Source: Candidatus Micrarchaeota archaeon (lineage in GTDB: Archaea > Micrarchaeota > Micrarchaeia > CAILAH01). Taken from it: a stretch of DNA of 41,563 nt. The DNA is taken from the NCBI GenBank assembly GCA_026413685.1, contig JAOAKK010000002.1, positions 1-41,563 of the forward strand. The letters run 5' to 3'. Of this stretch, positions 1-8,391 are shown piece after piece (position 1 is the stretch's first letter; every line of letters starts with the position of its first letter). Position numbers and translations under genes: made by a program. Under the pieces are notes generated by a model. It made no database searches, was not told the origin of the DNA, and saw only the letters and a program-made list of their open reading frames with translations.

Positions 1-1
1 A

Positions 2-451
2 TCAAGTGCAATTGAGGATGGGATGTATGTCACGGGCGGTGGCAGCACTGAGATAGCGCTTGCGGAGAAGCTGCGCGCGTATGCACGTGAGATGGGCGGC
101 CGTGAGCAGCTCGCTGTTGATGCGTTCGCGCGCTCGCTTGAGATAATCCCAAAAACGCTCGCTGAAAGTGCGGGGATGGATGCCATTGATACGCTCGTAT
201 CACTGCGCGCCAAGCATAACGAGGGCAATAAGTCAGCAGGTGTTGATGTGCACGCAGGCAAGGTTGGTGATATGCTAAAGCTCGGCGTGATTGAGCCAGT
301 CAAGGTTAAGAGGCAGGCAATCGTGAGTGCATCTGAAGCTGCTGAGATGATACTCCGCATAGATGATGTGATTGCGAGCAAGGGTAAGCCTCCTGCACCT
401 GCAGGTGGTGCCGGTGGCGGCAGTGGCGGCGGCATGGGCGGGATGGATTAA
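2..451 (+). CDS. ths: Thermosome (group II chaperonin) subunit, C-terminal fragment; the 5' end lies outside the window
   Basis: The frame is open from the window edge ([24 protein letters not shown]...). It has the conserved C-terminal region [12 protein letters not shown]...[14 protein letters not shown] and a Gly/Met tail ending GGMGGMD, typical of thermosomes. Confidence 0.9.
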   Translation, partial: SSAIEDGMYVTGGGSTEIALAEKLRAYAREMGGREQLAVDAFARSLEIIPKTLAESAGMDAIDTLVSLRAKHNEGNKSAGVDVHAGKVGDMLKLGVIEPVKVKRQAIVSASEAAEMILRIDDVIASKGKPPAPAGGAGGGSGGGMGGMD

Positions 452-462
452 ATCCACCAAGT

Positions 463-1518
463 TTATTTTTTCGTTTTTTTATTCATGCTTTCCCTCAACT
501 TCTCAAGCTCCTTGTCAAAATCAGGGCTGACACCAAGCGACTCAAGCTCACGTGCAATCCTTCTCCTCTTATCAACCCAGTTGTAAAATATGAGCAAGGC
601 AATAATGAGCATAAGCGCAAAAACCATGAGCGGGCTGAATATGTAATACTGCAGCACGAGCGAGTTGACACCTATGATATCCACAATTGCAAGAATGTTG
701 AACGCGGTGTGTGTAAGTGCAGCAACAAGGAACGGCACACCTAGCTGGACTGCCGCAGGCACCTTGAAATCCTGCTTGATTTTCCCAAGGACTGCACCAC
801 CGATTGCGGTGAATGCACCATGCGCCAGCGTGTTGTACAATGCACGGAACATAAGCAGCTCAAGCGAGTTCTCGGGGATTTTTGTTGCTGTGTAGAATAT
901 GTTTTCCATCATTGCAAACCCCGTGCCGGCTGCAAACCCGACAAGCAGCCCATCAAGCGGGCCCTTGAACGACTTGTGGGCTGAGATGAGCACCACACCG
1001 AGCATTTTAAGTGCCTCCTCAATAAGCGGTGCGGCAGTGATTAAGAGCAGTAAGCCCATCTTTTCGCCAAACTGCGCGTTCAGGAATATGCCTGCTATCG
1101 AGTTTATGAAGAAAGCGAGCAGTGCGCACACTGCACCGTAGCTCATCGCGCCAAACACAAACCTGAGCGGCTCGTGGTATTTCCCCTCACTGAACCATAT
1201 TACGAGCGGGTCAAACAGCGCAAAGAAAATAACAACTGTAAACGAGAATGCGAGCCACTCATACCCTACACTCGCAAGATTAATGCTGAACAGCAGCGAT
1301 ACTGTGAAGAATGCAACTACTGCAACTGAAACAATCCAGAACATCGGGTGTATGATGAGCGCTGCGATCTCGCCGCGCACACCCTGCCCGTGCAGGTCCG
1401 GCAGGAAAAGGTCCATCACCTCAAGCCAGCCGCGCCTGTATATTGCGGTGTATATTATTGCACCCAGCATTACAACCATTGCAGCGACAAGCCATACTGT
1501 CAGCTCTGTGTATGCCAT
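463..1518 (-). CDS. PrsW-family intramembrane metalloprotease
   Basis: Polytopic membrane protein with the PrsW signature motifs APLIEEALK (EExxK) and later histidine motifs (LAHGAFTA, THTAFN). An ATG lies at 1518 and a GTG at 1521. Confidence 0.65.
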   Translation of the reverse strand: MAYTELTVWLVAAMVVMLGAIIYTAIYRRGWLEVMDLFLPDLHGQGVRGEIAALIIHPMFWIVSVAVVAFFTVSLLFSINLASVGYEWLAFSFTVVIFFALFDPLVIWFSEGKYHEPLRFVFGAMSYGAVCALLAFFINSIAGIFLNAQFGEKMGLLLLITAAPLIEEALKMLGVVLISAHKSFKGPLDGLLVGFAAGTGFAMMENIFYTATKIPENSLELLMFRALYNTLAHGAFTAIGGAVLGKIKQDFKVPAAVQLGVPFLVAALTHTAFNILAIVDIIGVNSLVLQYYIFSPLMVFALMLIIALLIFYNWVDKRRRIARELESLGVSPDFDKELEKLRESMNKKTKK

Positions 1519-1570
1519 CACTTACGATTAAACCGCCATCTTAATATACTTTATACCCTAAAAGTCATCC

Positions 1571-3025
1571 ATGCCTGGGCAAGAGCACGAGATGCATTTT
1601 ACAAAAAGGTCAGACTATATATGGGAAATCCCACAGCAGGATGGGATGCGTGTCCCCGCAGTGGTATTCGCATCTGCCAGCATGCTCGATAAAATGAAAG
1701 CCGACCGCACGCTTAAGCAGCTTTGCAATGTTGCATCATTGCCGGGGATTGTGCGTGCAGCTTATGTCATGCCGGATGGCCACGAGGGGTATGGGTTTCC
1801 CATAGGCGGTGTTGCGGCGTTCCGTGATGAGGAAGGCATAATTTCACCCGGTGGGATAGGGTATGATATCAACTGCGGTGTAAGGCTTGTCAAGACAAGC
1901 CTGGCGTACAAGGATGTCGCACCCCATCTCAAGGCACTCATCAATGCGATTTATGATAACTGCCCGTCAGGTGTCGGCTCAAAAGGCAAGGTAAGGCTTG
2001 ACCCGCCAACACTCAGGAGCGTGCTAACAGATGGTGTTGAGTGGGCTGTGCGTGAAGGGTATGGGTGGGAGCGTGACCTCCAGCATATTGAGGAGAACGG
2101 CCGTATGGAAGATGCGGACCCCTCAAAAGTAAGCGATATGGCAATATCACGCGGCAAGCCACAGCTCGGCACAATCGGCTCTGGCAACCATTTCATTGAG
2201 CTGCAGGAAGTGAACCAAGTCTTAGATGCAGATACCGCAAAAAGGTTCGGGCTGTTCCCCGGCCAGTTCGTAATAATGATACACACGGGCTCGCGCGGGC
2301 TTGGGCACCAGGTAGCTTCTGATTACATACGCATATTCAACTCATACGTGAGCAGGCATAACATTACGCTTGCCGACCGTGAGCTTGTGTATGCGCACGT
2401 TGATTCGCGTGAGGGCCAGGATTACATCAAGGCGATGAATTGTGCAGTCAATTTTGCGTTTGTCAACAGGCAGCTGCTTACGCATTGGGTGCGTGAAGCT
2501 GTTGGCATTACGCTCAGGCAGGACCCAGAAGATATTGGGATGGAAGTGCTTTACGATGTGTGCCATAATATTGGCAAGCGTGAGGAGCACACACTTGAAA
2601 ATGGGCAGAAAGGGCATGTATGGGTCCACAGGAAAGGTGCAACGCGCGCAATGCCTGCAGGGCGCCCTGAAGTGCCTCTTGCGTATCGTGACGTCGGCCA
2701 GCCCGTCATAATCCCGGGAAGCATGGGCACGGCGTCCTATGTTCTTGTTGGCACGCCCGATTCGGCTGAGCCGTTCCATTCAGTATGCCACGGTGCCGGC
2801 CGTGTGATGAGCAGGCACGAGGCCATACGTGAGTACCCTGTCTCAAAAGTCAAGGACCAGCTCAGCCAGAAAGGCATCTACATACGCTCTGCTGAGACCG
2901 AAGTGATATCCGAGGAAGCGCCCGGTGCATACAAGGATATCGATGATGTGGTAGGCTCGGTTGTAGGTGCAAAGCTTGCACGTGCGGTTACGCGCATGAT
3001 ACCGCACGGTGTGGTGAAAGGCTAA
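1571..3025 (+). CDS. rtcB: RtcB RNA 3'-phosphate/2',3'-cyclic phosphate ligase (tRNA-splicing ligase)
   Basis: Full-length RtcB motifs: PDGHEGYGFPIGGV, GYDINCGVR, GSGNHFIE, HTGSRGLGHQV, HRKGA, CHGAGR. The alternative start MHFTKRSDYIWEIP at 1592 fits the upstream TATA-like box better. Confidence 0.95.
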   Translation: MPGQEHEMHFTKRSDYIWEIPQQDGMRVPAVVFASASMLDKMKADRTLKQLCNVASLPGIVRAAYVMPDGHEGYGFPIGGVAAFRDEEGIISPGGIGYDINCGVRLVKTSLAYKDVAPHLKALINAIYDNCPSGVGSKGKVRLDPPTLRSVLTDGVEWAVREGYGWERDLQHIEENGRMEDADPSKVSDMAISRGKPQLGTIGSGNHFIELQEVNQVLDADTAKRFGLFPGQFVIMIHTGSRGLGHQVASDYIRIFNSYVSRHNITLADRELVYAHVDSREGQDYIKAMNCAVNFAFVNRQLLTHWVREAVGITLRQDPEDIGMEVLYDVCHNIGKREEHTLENGQKGHVWVHRKGATRAMPAGRPEVPLAYRDVGQPVIIPGSMGTASYVLVGTPDSAEPFHSVCHGAGRVMSRHEAIREYPVSKVKDQLSQKGIYIRSAETEVISEEAPGAYKDIDDVVGSVVGAKLARAVTRMIPHGVVKG

Positions 3026-3067
3026 GGCCTTTTGCAAAGCAAATAAACCAATCAGAGGTGGCTACAA

Positions 3068-3637
3068 ATGCCAGAGTTCTTTAATGAACTTCCGGATGAT
3101 TTGAGGAAGATGCGCCGCGGTGCAGCGGTTGTCCTGCCCAAGGATTTTGGGGCGGTTGTTGCGTTCACAGGCATTACTAAGGACTCGGTTGTTGCAGAGG
3201 CCGGCACGGGCACAGGGTTTATGGCAGTGCAGCTCGCGCGTGTCGTAAAGAAGGTCTACACTTACGAGATAAAAGAGGAGCATTACAAAACAGCAAAGTC
3301 AAACATCGAAAAGCTGGGCCTTGATAATGTTGAGCTTGTGCACGGCCCTATCGAATCGCTCGACAGGAGCGGGCTTGACCTTATCTTTCTTGATTTCAAG
3401 GGCTCGGCTGCGCTTATCCAGCACGCGCATGCACATATCAAGGATAACGGCTGGCTTGTCTCCTACCACCCCAATATCGAGCAGGCAAAGGAGTTTCATC
3501 TCGGATGCAACAAGGTTTTTAGGCGCACGTTCACGATTACATCCAGTGTTATGCATTATGTTATCCGTGATTTCGGCTGCAGGCCCGATAACTTCGGGAT
3601 GGTCCACACGGGATATCTGGCGTTTGCACAAAAGTAG
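3068..3637 (+). CDS. trmI: tRNA (adenine-N1)-methyltransferase, TrmI/Gcd14 family (short form)
   Basis: SAM motif VVAEAGTGTGFMAVQLA, FLDF, and the TrmI-typical C-terminus RPDNFGMVHTGYLAFAQK. A GAGGTGG Shine-Dalgarno sits 8 nt upstream, 42 nt after the rtcB stop, so it is probably co-transcribed. Confidence 0.75.
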   Translation: MPEFFNELPDDLRKMRRGAAVVLPKDFGAVVAFTGITKDSVVAEAGTGTGFMAVQLARVVKKVYTYEIKEEHYKTAKSNIEKLGLDNVELVHGPIESLDRSGLDLIFLDFKGSAALIQHAHAHIKDNGWLVSYHPNIEQAKEFHLGCNKVFRRTFTITSSVMHYVIRDFGCRPDNFGMVHTGYLAFAQK

Positions 3638-3648
3638 GGCAGGGCACG

Positions 3649-4737
3649 TTACCGTGCGAATATCTGTACCACATCACCGTCCATAACGACGTGGCTAAGC
3701 CCGACACGCTGGCTCCTGAATTTTGCGCTTGGCCCTGTCACGATTGCATACTTGAAATTCTTTCTTAAGTCCCTGTGGATTGAGATGCACACATCCTCCA
3801 CAGTCGAACCGCTCTTAATCACAAGCGGCTCATCATAATCAACACCCTCAAACCGCGATTTTGTGTATACTCTGATAAGCTCGAGGCGCTGGAATAGCTT
3901 CTCCTTGAACTCCTCAATCCCTTTCCCTGCCTCGGCAGACATAGGTATAAAATCACCGCACTTTTCCCTGAGCTGCTCAAGGTATTTCTCATTAACCAAA
4001 TCGGTCTTGTTCACAACCCTGAGCGATTTTGTGTATACCCTGTTCCCAACCACAACATCTATCAGGTCATCCTGCGTAACGTTTTCCCTGATTACCACAT
4101 CTGCACTGTGGATGCCGTAGACACCCAGTATGTCCGCAATCATCTTATCATCAAGGTGTGGTGTTGGCACAGTCCTGCTTATGCTCAGCCCGCCCGTGTC
4201 GCGTTTCTTTATCATAATGTCAGGCTTTTTCTTGTCCAAGCGTATGCCGACATCGTTCAATTCTTCGACAAGGCCGTCAAACTCAGGGTTGAACACGTCA
4301 ACGAATAGCACAATCAGGTCTGCACTGCGCGCAACTGCCAGCACTTCTTTTCCCCTTCCAGTCCCTTTTGATGCGCCTCTAAGTATTCCCGGCAGGTCGA
4401 GCAGCTGTATTTTTGCACCCTTATACTCAATAAGCCCAGGCACGACATCGAGTGTTGTAAATGCATACGCAGCAGATTTTGATTTTGCGTTTGTGACCTT
4501 GCTAAGCAGTGTGGATTTCCCCGTTGAAGGATATCCTATGAGTGCAACCCGCGCATCACCGCCTTTCTTGACATCAAACCCGCCGCCACCACCGCCACTT
4601 TTCTTTGCCGATATTGCCTGCGCTTTCAGCTTTGCAATCTTTGCCTTGAGCAATCCGATATGGTGCTCAGTAGCCTTGTTGTATTGTGTCCTTCTGATTT
4701 CCTCTTCAATCTCCCTGATTTTTTCCTGTATCCCCAT
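3649..4737 (-). CDS. DRG/Rbg-family GTPase with C-terminal TGS domain
   Basis: N-terminus MGIQEKIREIEEEIRRTQYNKATEHHIGLLKAKIAKLK, P-loop GYPSTGKST, DLPG, NKTD, and a TGS-like C-terminus. I chose the start at 4737 because a TATA-like ATATACTTAAAAA lies about 30 nt upstream; the ORF track starts at 4761. Confidence 0.9.
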   Translation of the reverse strand: MGIQEKIREIEEEIRRTQYNKATEHHIGLLKAKIAKLKAQAISAKKSGGGGGGFDVKKGGDARVALIGYPSTGKSTLLSKVTNAKSKSAAYAFTTLDVVPGLIEYKGAKIQLLDLPGILRGASKGTGRGKEVLAVARSADLIVLFVDVFNPEFDGLVEELNDVGIRLDKKKPDIMIKKRDTGGLSISRTVPTPHLDDKMIADILGVYGIHSADVVIRENVTQDDLIDVVVGNRVYTKSLRVVNKTDLVNEKYLEQLREKCGDFIPMSAEAGKGIEEFKEKLFQRLELIRVYTKSRFEGVDYDEPLVIKSGSTVEDVCISIHRDLRKNFKYAIVTGPSAKFRSQRVGLSHVVMDGDVVQIFAR

Positions 4738-5337
4738 ACCGCCTCTTATTATCCCATCCATGTTTTTAAGTATATCCAGAGGCCGGGCTGTTCCATGCAG
4801 TAGAAATGTTTATATTCAGTGGCAGTTTTTATTACTTTATGAAAATTGAGGAAATGCCCAATTGCAGCATATACGAAAAAGGAAACAGCTAAAAGGAATA
4901 TTGCAAAGAAGCTTGGCAAGCTTATCCTTGCAAGCTCATTGATGATAACAACATCCTCATGTTTTTCAGCAACTTTAAATTCAGCAGTGCTGTCAAAAGA
5001 GCCTCTATATGGCGCGATGTGTGGCTTTGCTTCTGATACTTTCTCTATTACTGTGCTTTATACCTTTAGTAAAATGGGCCACCTGCCATAAGGGATGATT
5101 TTCTCAAAGGTACGCTTGGGCTAAATGAAGACCAAATAACAAAGACGGCGCTTTCAGTATATTTATCATCGCTTGTTGCGGGAACAGTGTTGTGCCCGCC
5201 TGTTGCAGGTGGTGGGTACACACTGAATCTTGAAAAAATACTTCAAATGTGATCGAGCGTAGAATAGAAAACCTTGTCATAAACTTTTATTAGAAGACCA
5301 CTTTATAATCTTTTAATACCGACAAAGGTATGCGCAT

Positions 5338-5946
5338 ATGAAGCCGATAAAAGAGCTCATAAAGGATTTGGAAAGCGATGACAAGGAAACGCGCAGGAAT
5401 GCAATCATACTGCTGTCAGTACTTTACAGGAAGATGCCAGACCCAGCATCGGTGTTTATCAAGGCAACACAGAGCCCTGATACAGCGGTAAGGTTCTATG
5501 CAGTTGAGGGGCTTAGCAGGCTGGGCGAGAAAGGCGAGTGTGCAATCCCCTACCTTATAGAGATGCTCAAGAACCCTGAGGAGGATAACGACATAAGGGC
5601 AAACGTGCTTAATGTGCTCAGGGCGTTCGGTGATAAGTCATCAGCAGCACTTCCTTACATAATCCCCCTTATGCTTCATAATAATGTGCGGCTTTCAATA
5701 CATGCGTGGGCAGCGTTTGAGCGCATAAGTGGCATAAAAAATGTCGATATGGAGCTGCTGATGCATGAAGGCAAAATAAGGGAATACACGGCACCGGCTG
5801 ACCAGAGCAGCACCCAAGAGATTAAGGGCGAAACGAAGGAGATGCTCAGGGAAGCTGAGAAAGCATTCAGGAAACAAAATGATAAAGAGTGCTCCACAGC
5901 CAATAAATTACACACAGGAAGGCGCAAAAGGAAGCTTAAGAAGTAG
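5338..5946 (+). CDS. HEAT-repeat (PBS-lyase-like) protein with a Lys/Arg-rich C-terminus
   Basis: Repeated pattern D..VR..A...L..(I/L)G....A.P.L...L (DKETRRNAIILL, DTAVRFYAVEGLSRLGEKGECAIPYLIEMLKN, DIRANVLNVLRAFGDKSSAALPYIIPLM). Confidence 0.55.
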   Translation: MKPIKELIKDLESDDKETRRNAIILLSVLYRKMPDPASVFIKATQSPDTAVRFYAVEGLSRLGEKGECAIPYLIEMLKNPEEDNDIRANVLNVLRAFGDKSSAALPYIIPLMLHNNVRLSIHAWAAFERISGIKNVDMELLMHEGKIREYTAPADQSSTQEIKGETKEMLREAEKAFRKQNDKECSTANKLHTGRRKRKLKK

Positions 5947-5972
5947 TTTTCATTCTGTCTTTTTGAAAAAGA

Positions 5973-6031
5973 TTTATATATTTTATCCATTTTAACTTAC
6001 TCACTCCGTTATTACCGCCTGAGGCGGGAGG
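5973..6031 (+). promoter_or_regulatory. Putative promoter and 5' leader of the L1-P0-P1 operon
   Basis: TATA-like TTTATATATTTT at 5973-5984. A leader hairpin CCGCC-TGA-GGCGG at 6015-6027 directly abuts GGAGG (6027-6031), 8 nt before the ATG at 6040. Confidence 0.4.
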
Positions 6032-6039
6032 ACGTTTGC

Positions 6040-6675
6040 ATGATAGACAACAAATTGCTAAGAGCGGCAATAGAAGAAGTGCTCAAGGGCAAAGGGTCGC
6101 GCAAGTTCAAGCAGACTGTTGACCTGAGCATTAATTTTAGGGGTATCGACTTCAACAAGCCGGAGAACAGGCTCAACATTGAGGTCCCACTCCCTAAAGG
6201 CAGGGGCAGGCCCGTTAAGGTTGCTGTGTTTGCAGATGGTCAGGGCGGCACTGATGCAAAGAAGGCAGGTGCAGACCTTGTCCTCGGCAGCGAGATGATA
6301 GAGAAATATGCAAAGGACAAAATCGGGCTCAAGAAGCTTGCGAACGAGTATACGTTCCTTGCAGAGCCGAAGCTTATGGTGAGTATTGGTAAGTCCCTCG
6401 GTGCGGTGCTTGGCGCGAAGGGCAAGATGCCAAAACCGTTTGTTGGGAAGTATGACGAGCTGATATCCAAGGCGCGCAGGACAGTTGTGCTCCGCTCACG
6501 CGGCAAGTATATGCCCGTGATAAACGTCCCTGTCGGCACTGAGGATATGTCTCCAGATGATATTCTTGAGAATGTTACCGCCGTGCTTGATGCGGTGAGA
6601 GGCAAAGTGTCGGACGCCGGCATAAAGAATGTGTATCTCAAGCTTACAATGGGCGTCCCAAAGAAGGTAGGGTGA
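6040..6675 (+). CDS. rpl1: 50S ribosomal protein L1
   Basis: L1-family sequence (FKQTVDLSINFRGIDFNKPENRL, VAVFADG, LKLTMG). It sits in the conserved L1-L10(P0)-L12(P1) order. Confidence 0.93.
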   Translation: MIDNKLLRAAIEEVLKGKGSRKFKQTVDLSINFRGIDFNKPENRLNIEVPLPKGRGRPVKVAVFADGQGGTDAKKAGADLVLGSEMIEKYAKDKIGLKKLANEYTFLAEPKLMVSIGKSLGAVLGAKGKMPKPFVGKYDELISKARRTVVLRSRGKYMPVINVPVGTEDMSPDDILENVTAVLDAVRGKVSDAGIKNVYLKLTMGVPKKVG

Positions 6676-6679
6676 TGTG

Positions 6680-7543
6680 ATGCCAAGGAAAGGTGCAAGC
6701 GAGAAAAAGAAAAGCTCGGCACGGCTCCTCAAAGAGCAGCAGGTTGACAAGCTCGCAAAGGAAATATCCAAATACCCGGTTGTAGCATTATTCAGCCTTA
6801 CTGGATTGCCTGCACGATACCTGCAGCGTGCCAAGTCAAAGCTGCGTGGGCAGGCGGAGTTCCGCATTGCAAAATCTGCAGTGCTCGAGAGGGCGCTCAA
6901 GAAAGCAAAGCTCGATGTGCTGCTTGAAAGCAAGAAAGGCCCGTGCGGTATCATACTTTCAAGCACCGACCCGTTCAAGCTGTTCAAGGAGCTCAAGAGG
7001 AGCAGAGGGCAGGCGTATGCCAAGCCAGGGCAGATCTCGCCGACGGACATTGTGATCCCTGCAGGTGAGACGCAGTTCCCTGCCGGCCCGGTGCTCTCCG
7101 AGTTCAAGCAGGCCGGCCTTGATGTGAAAATCGTGGGCGGCAAGATCCACATATCAAAGGATAAGACCCTCGTGAAGAAAGGCGAAGCCATCTCTGATGG
7201 TGCAGCTAAAATACTCCAGAAACTCGATATCAAGCCGTTTGACATTGGTGTTGAGCTTGCCACGGCATACCGTGACGGCACGCTCTACGCGTCAGATGTG
7301 CTCGATGTGGATGAGAAGGCATACCTTGACAGGCTCGTGAAAGCGTTCCTTGATGCCAGGGCGCTTTCCGTGGAGGTAGCCTACCCCACAAAGGACAACG
7401 TTAAGCTTCTCATAACAAAGGCACACAGGAATGCGCGTGCCCTTGCTATTGAGAGCGGGTTCCCTGAAAAAGAGGTTCTGGACCAGATATTGGCGAAGGC
7501 GGCGGCGCATGCCAAAGCCATCGAGTCAAAAATTGGAGGTTGA
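6680..7543 (+). CDS. rplP0: 50S ribosomal stalk protein P0 (L10), short form without the acidic/GLxxLFG tail
   Basis: N-terminal L10 domain ([32 protein letters not shown]). The start is coupled to the L1 stop (TGATGTGATG). The protein ends ...[10 protein letters not shown]. Confidence 0.88.
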   Translation: MPRKGASEKKKSSARLLKEQQVDKLAKEISKYPVVALFSLTGLPARYLQRAKSKLRGQAEFRIAKSAVLERALKKAKLDVLLESKKGPCGIILSSTDPFKLFKELKRSRGQAYAKPGQISPTDIVIPAGETQFPAGPVLSEFKQAGLDVKIVGGKIHISKDKTLVKKGEAISDGAAKILQKLDIKPFDIGVELATAYRDGTLYASDVLDVDEKAYLDRLVKAFLDARALSVEVAYPTKDNVKLLITKAHRNARALAIESGFPEKEVLDQILAKAAAHAKAIESKIGG

Positions 7544-7548
7544 ATAGG

Positions 7549-7854
7549 ATGGAATATGTGTATGCAGCGCTTCTATTGCACAGCGCAAAGAAGGACATAA
7601 ACAAGGAGAACGTCACGAGCGTTCTCAAGGCAGCTGGCCTCGAAGTGAACAGCGCAAAGGTTGAGGCACTTGTCTCTGCACTTGACGGCGTTAACATTGA
7701 TGAGGCGCTCAAGAACGCAGCTGTGGCAGCGGTAGCCGCACCGGTTGCAGCAGCACCAGCAGCGGGCGCGGCAAAGGAAGAGAAGAAGGAAGAGAAATCA
7801 GACGAGAAGAAAGAGGAAGAGGCAGCAGCAGGCCTGGCCAACTTGTTTGGCTAA
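7549..7854 (+). CDS. rpl12: 50S ribosomal stalk protein P1 (L12)
   Basis: [30 protein letters not shown]..., an Ala-rich hinge, and the acidic tail [31 protein letters not shown] lies 8 nt upstream of the ATG, inside the end of P0. Confidence 0.93.
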   Translation: MEYVYAALLLHSAKKDINKENVTSVLKAAGLEVNSAKVEALVSALDGVNIDEALKNAAVAAVAAPVAAAPAAGAAKEEKKEEKSDEKKEEEAAAGLANLFG

Positions 7855-7870
7855 TCCTTCCAGCTCTGCA

Positions 7871-7885
7871 TTTTATTATTTTCCC
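7871..7885 (+). terminator. Oligo-T tract after the stalk operon
   Basis: TTTTATTATTTTCCC lies 17 nt after the P1 stop. Archaeal terminators are typically oligo-T runs. Confidence 0.35.
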
Positions 7886-7901
7886 TTCTTAACTTCCCTG
7901 T

Positions 7902-8318
7902 ATGCCTAACTATAAGTATCTTGAGCACAGGTCAGACCTGCTGATAGAAGGCAGCGGTCCCTCTTTTGCCGGGGCGGTCGAGTCCGTCGCCCAGGGCCTT
8001 TTTAATTCGATTTCTTCTGCTTCTTCTAAGCCTGCCTCTAATTCCCAGGTTGTCAAGTTCACCGAGACGGGAATCGATACACAGGACCTCGTAATAAACA
8101 TATTCACGCGTGTCCTTGCAGAGATGGATATGCACGCCAAGATAGGCATATCACTGAAGATACTCTCATATGACCCTATAAAAAACACCGCCTGTGCCGA
8201 ATTGGAACTGGCAGAAGGTAAGGCGCGGTTGCATGTCAAGGCGGTGACGTTCCACGAGTTTATGCTTGAGCAGGTGCAGGGCGGCAATACCGTTCTGCGG
8301 GTCCTTTTTGACATATGA
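7902..8318 (+). CDS. Archease (RtcB activator)
   Basis: About 138 aa with archease hallmarks: YKYLEHRSDLLIEGSGPSFAGAVESVAQGLF at the N-terminus and KAVTFHEF near the C-terminus. Confidence 0.8.
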   Translation: MPNYKYLEHRSDLLIEGSGPSFAGAVESVAQGLFNSISSASSKPASNSQVVKFTETGIDTQDLVINIFTRVLAEMDMHAKIGISLKILSYDPIKNTACAELELAEGKARLHVKAVTFHEFMLEQVQGGNTVLRVLFDI

Positions 8319-8391
8319 GTGAAGCCTTTTTGATTTTTAACTAAAGGCGGTTAATGAGTATTTAAATTAATTCTTATTTTATCATACTCTC

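Noticed and set aside
4846-5091. An 81-aa ORF in the long spacer.
   Set aside because: It has no motifs, an odd composition and no convincing promoter or Shine-Dalgarno. I kept it only as part of the spacer observation.
6496-7281. A 261-aa minus-strand ORF, plus other long antisense ORFs (4130-4849, 34591-35343, 39943-40563, 14595-15275, 26854-27372, 38129-38638).
   Set aside because: Each lies entirely opposite a confidently identified gene (L1/P0, DRG, AglH, ValRS, FEN1, AspRS, TctA-like). None has recognisable motifs.
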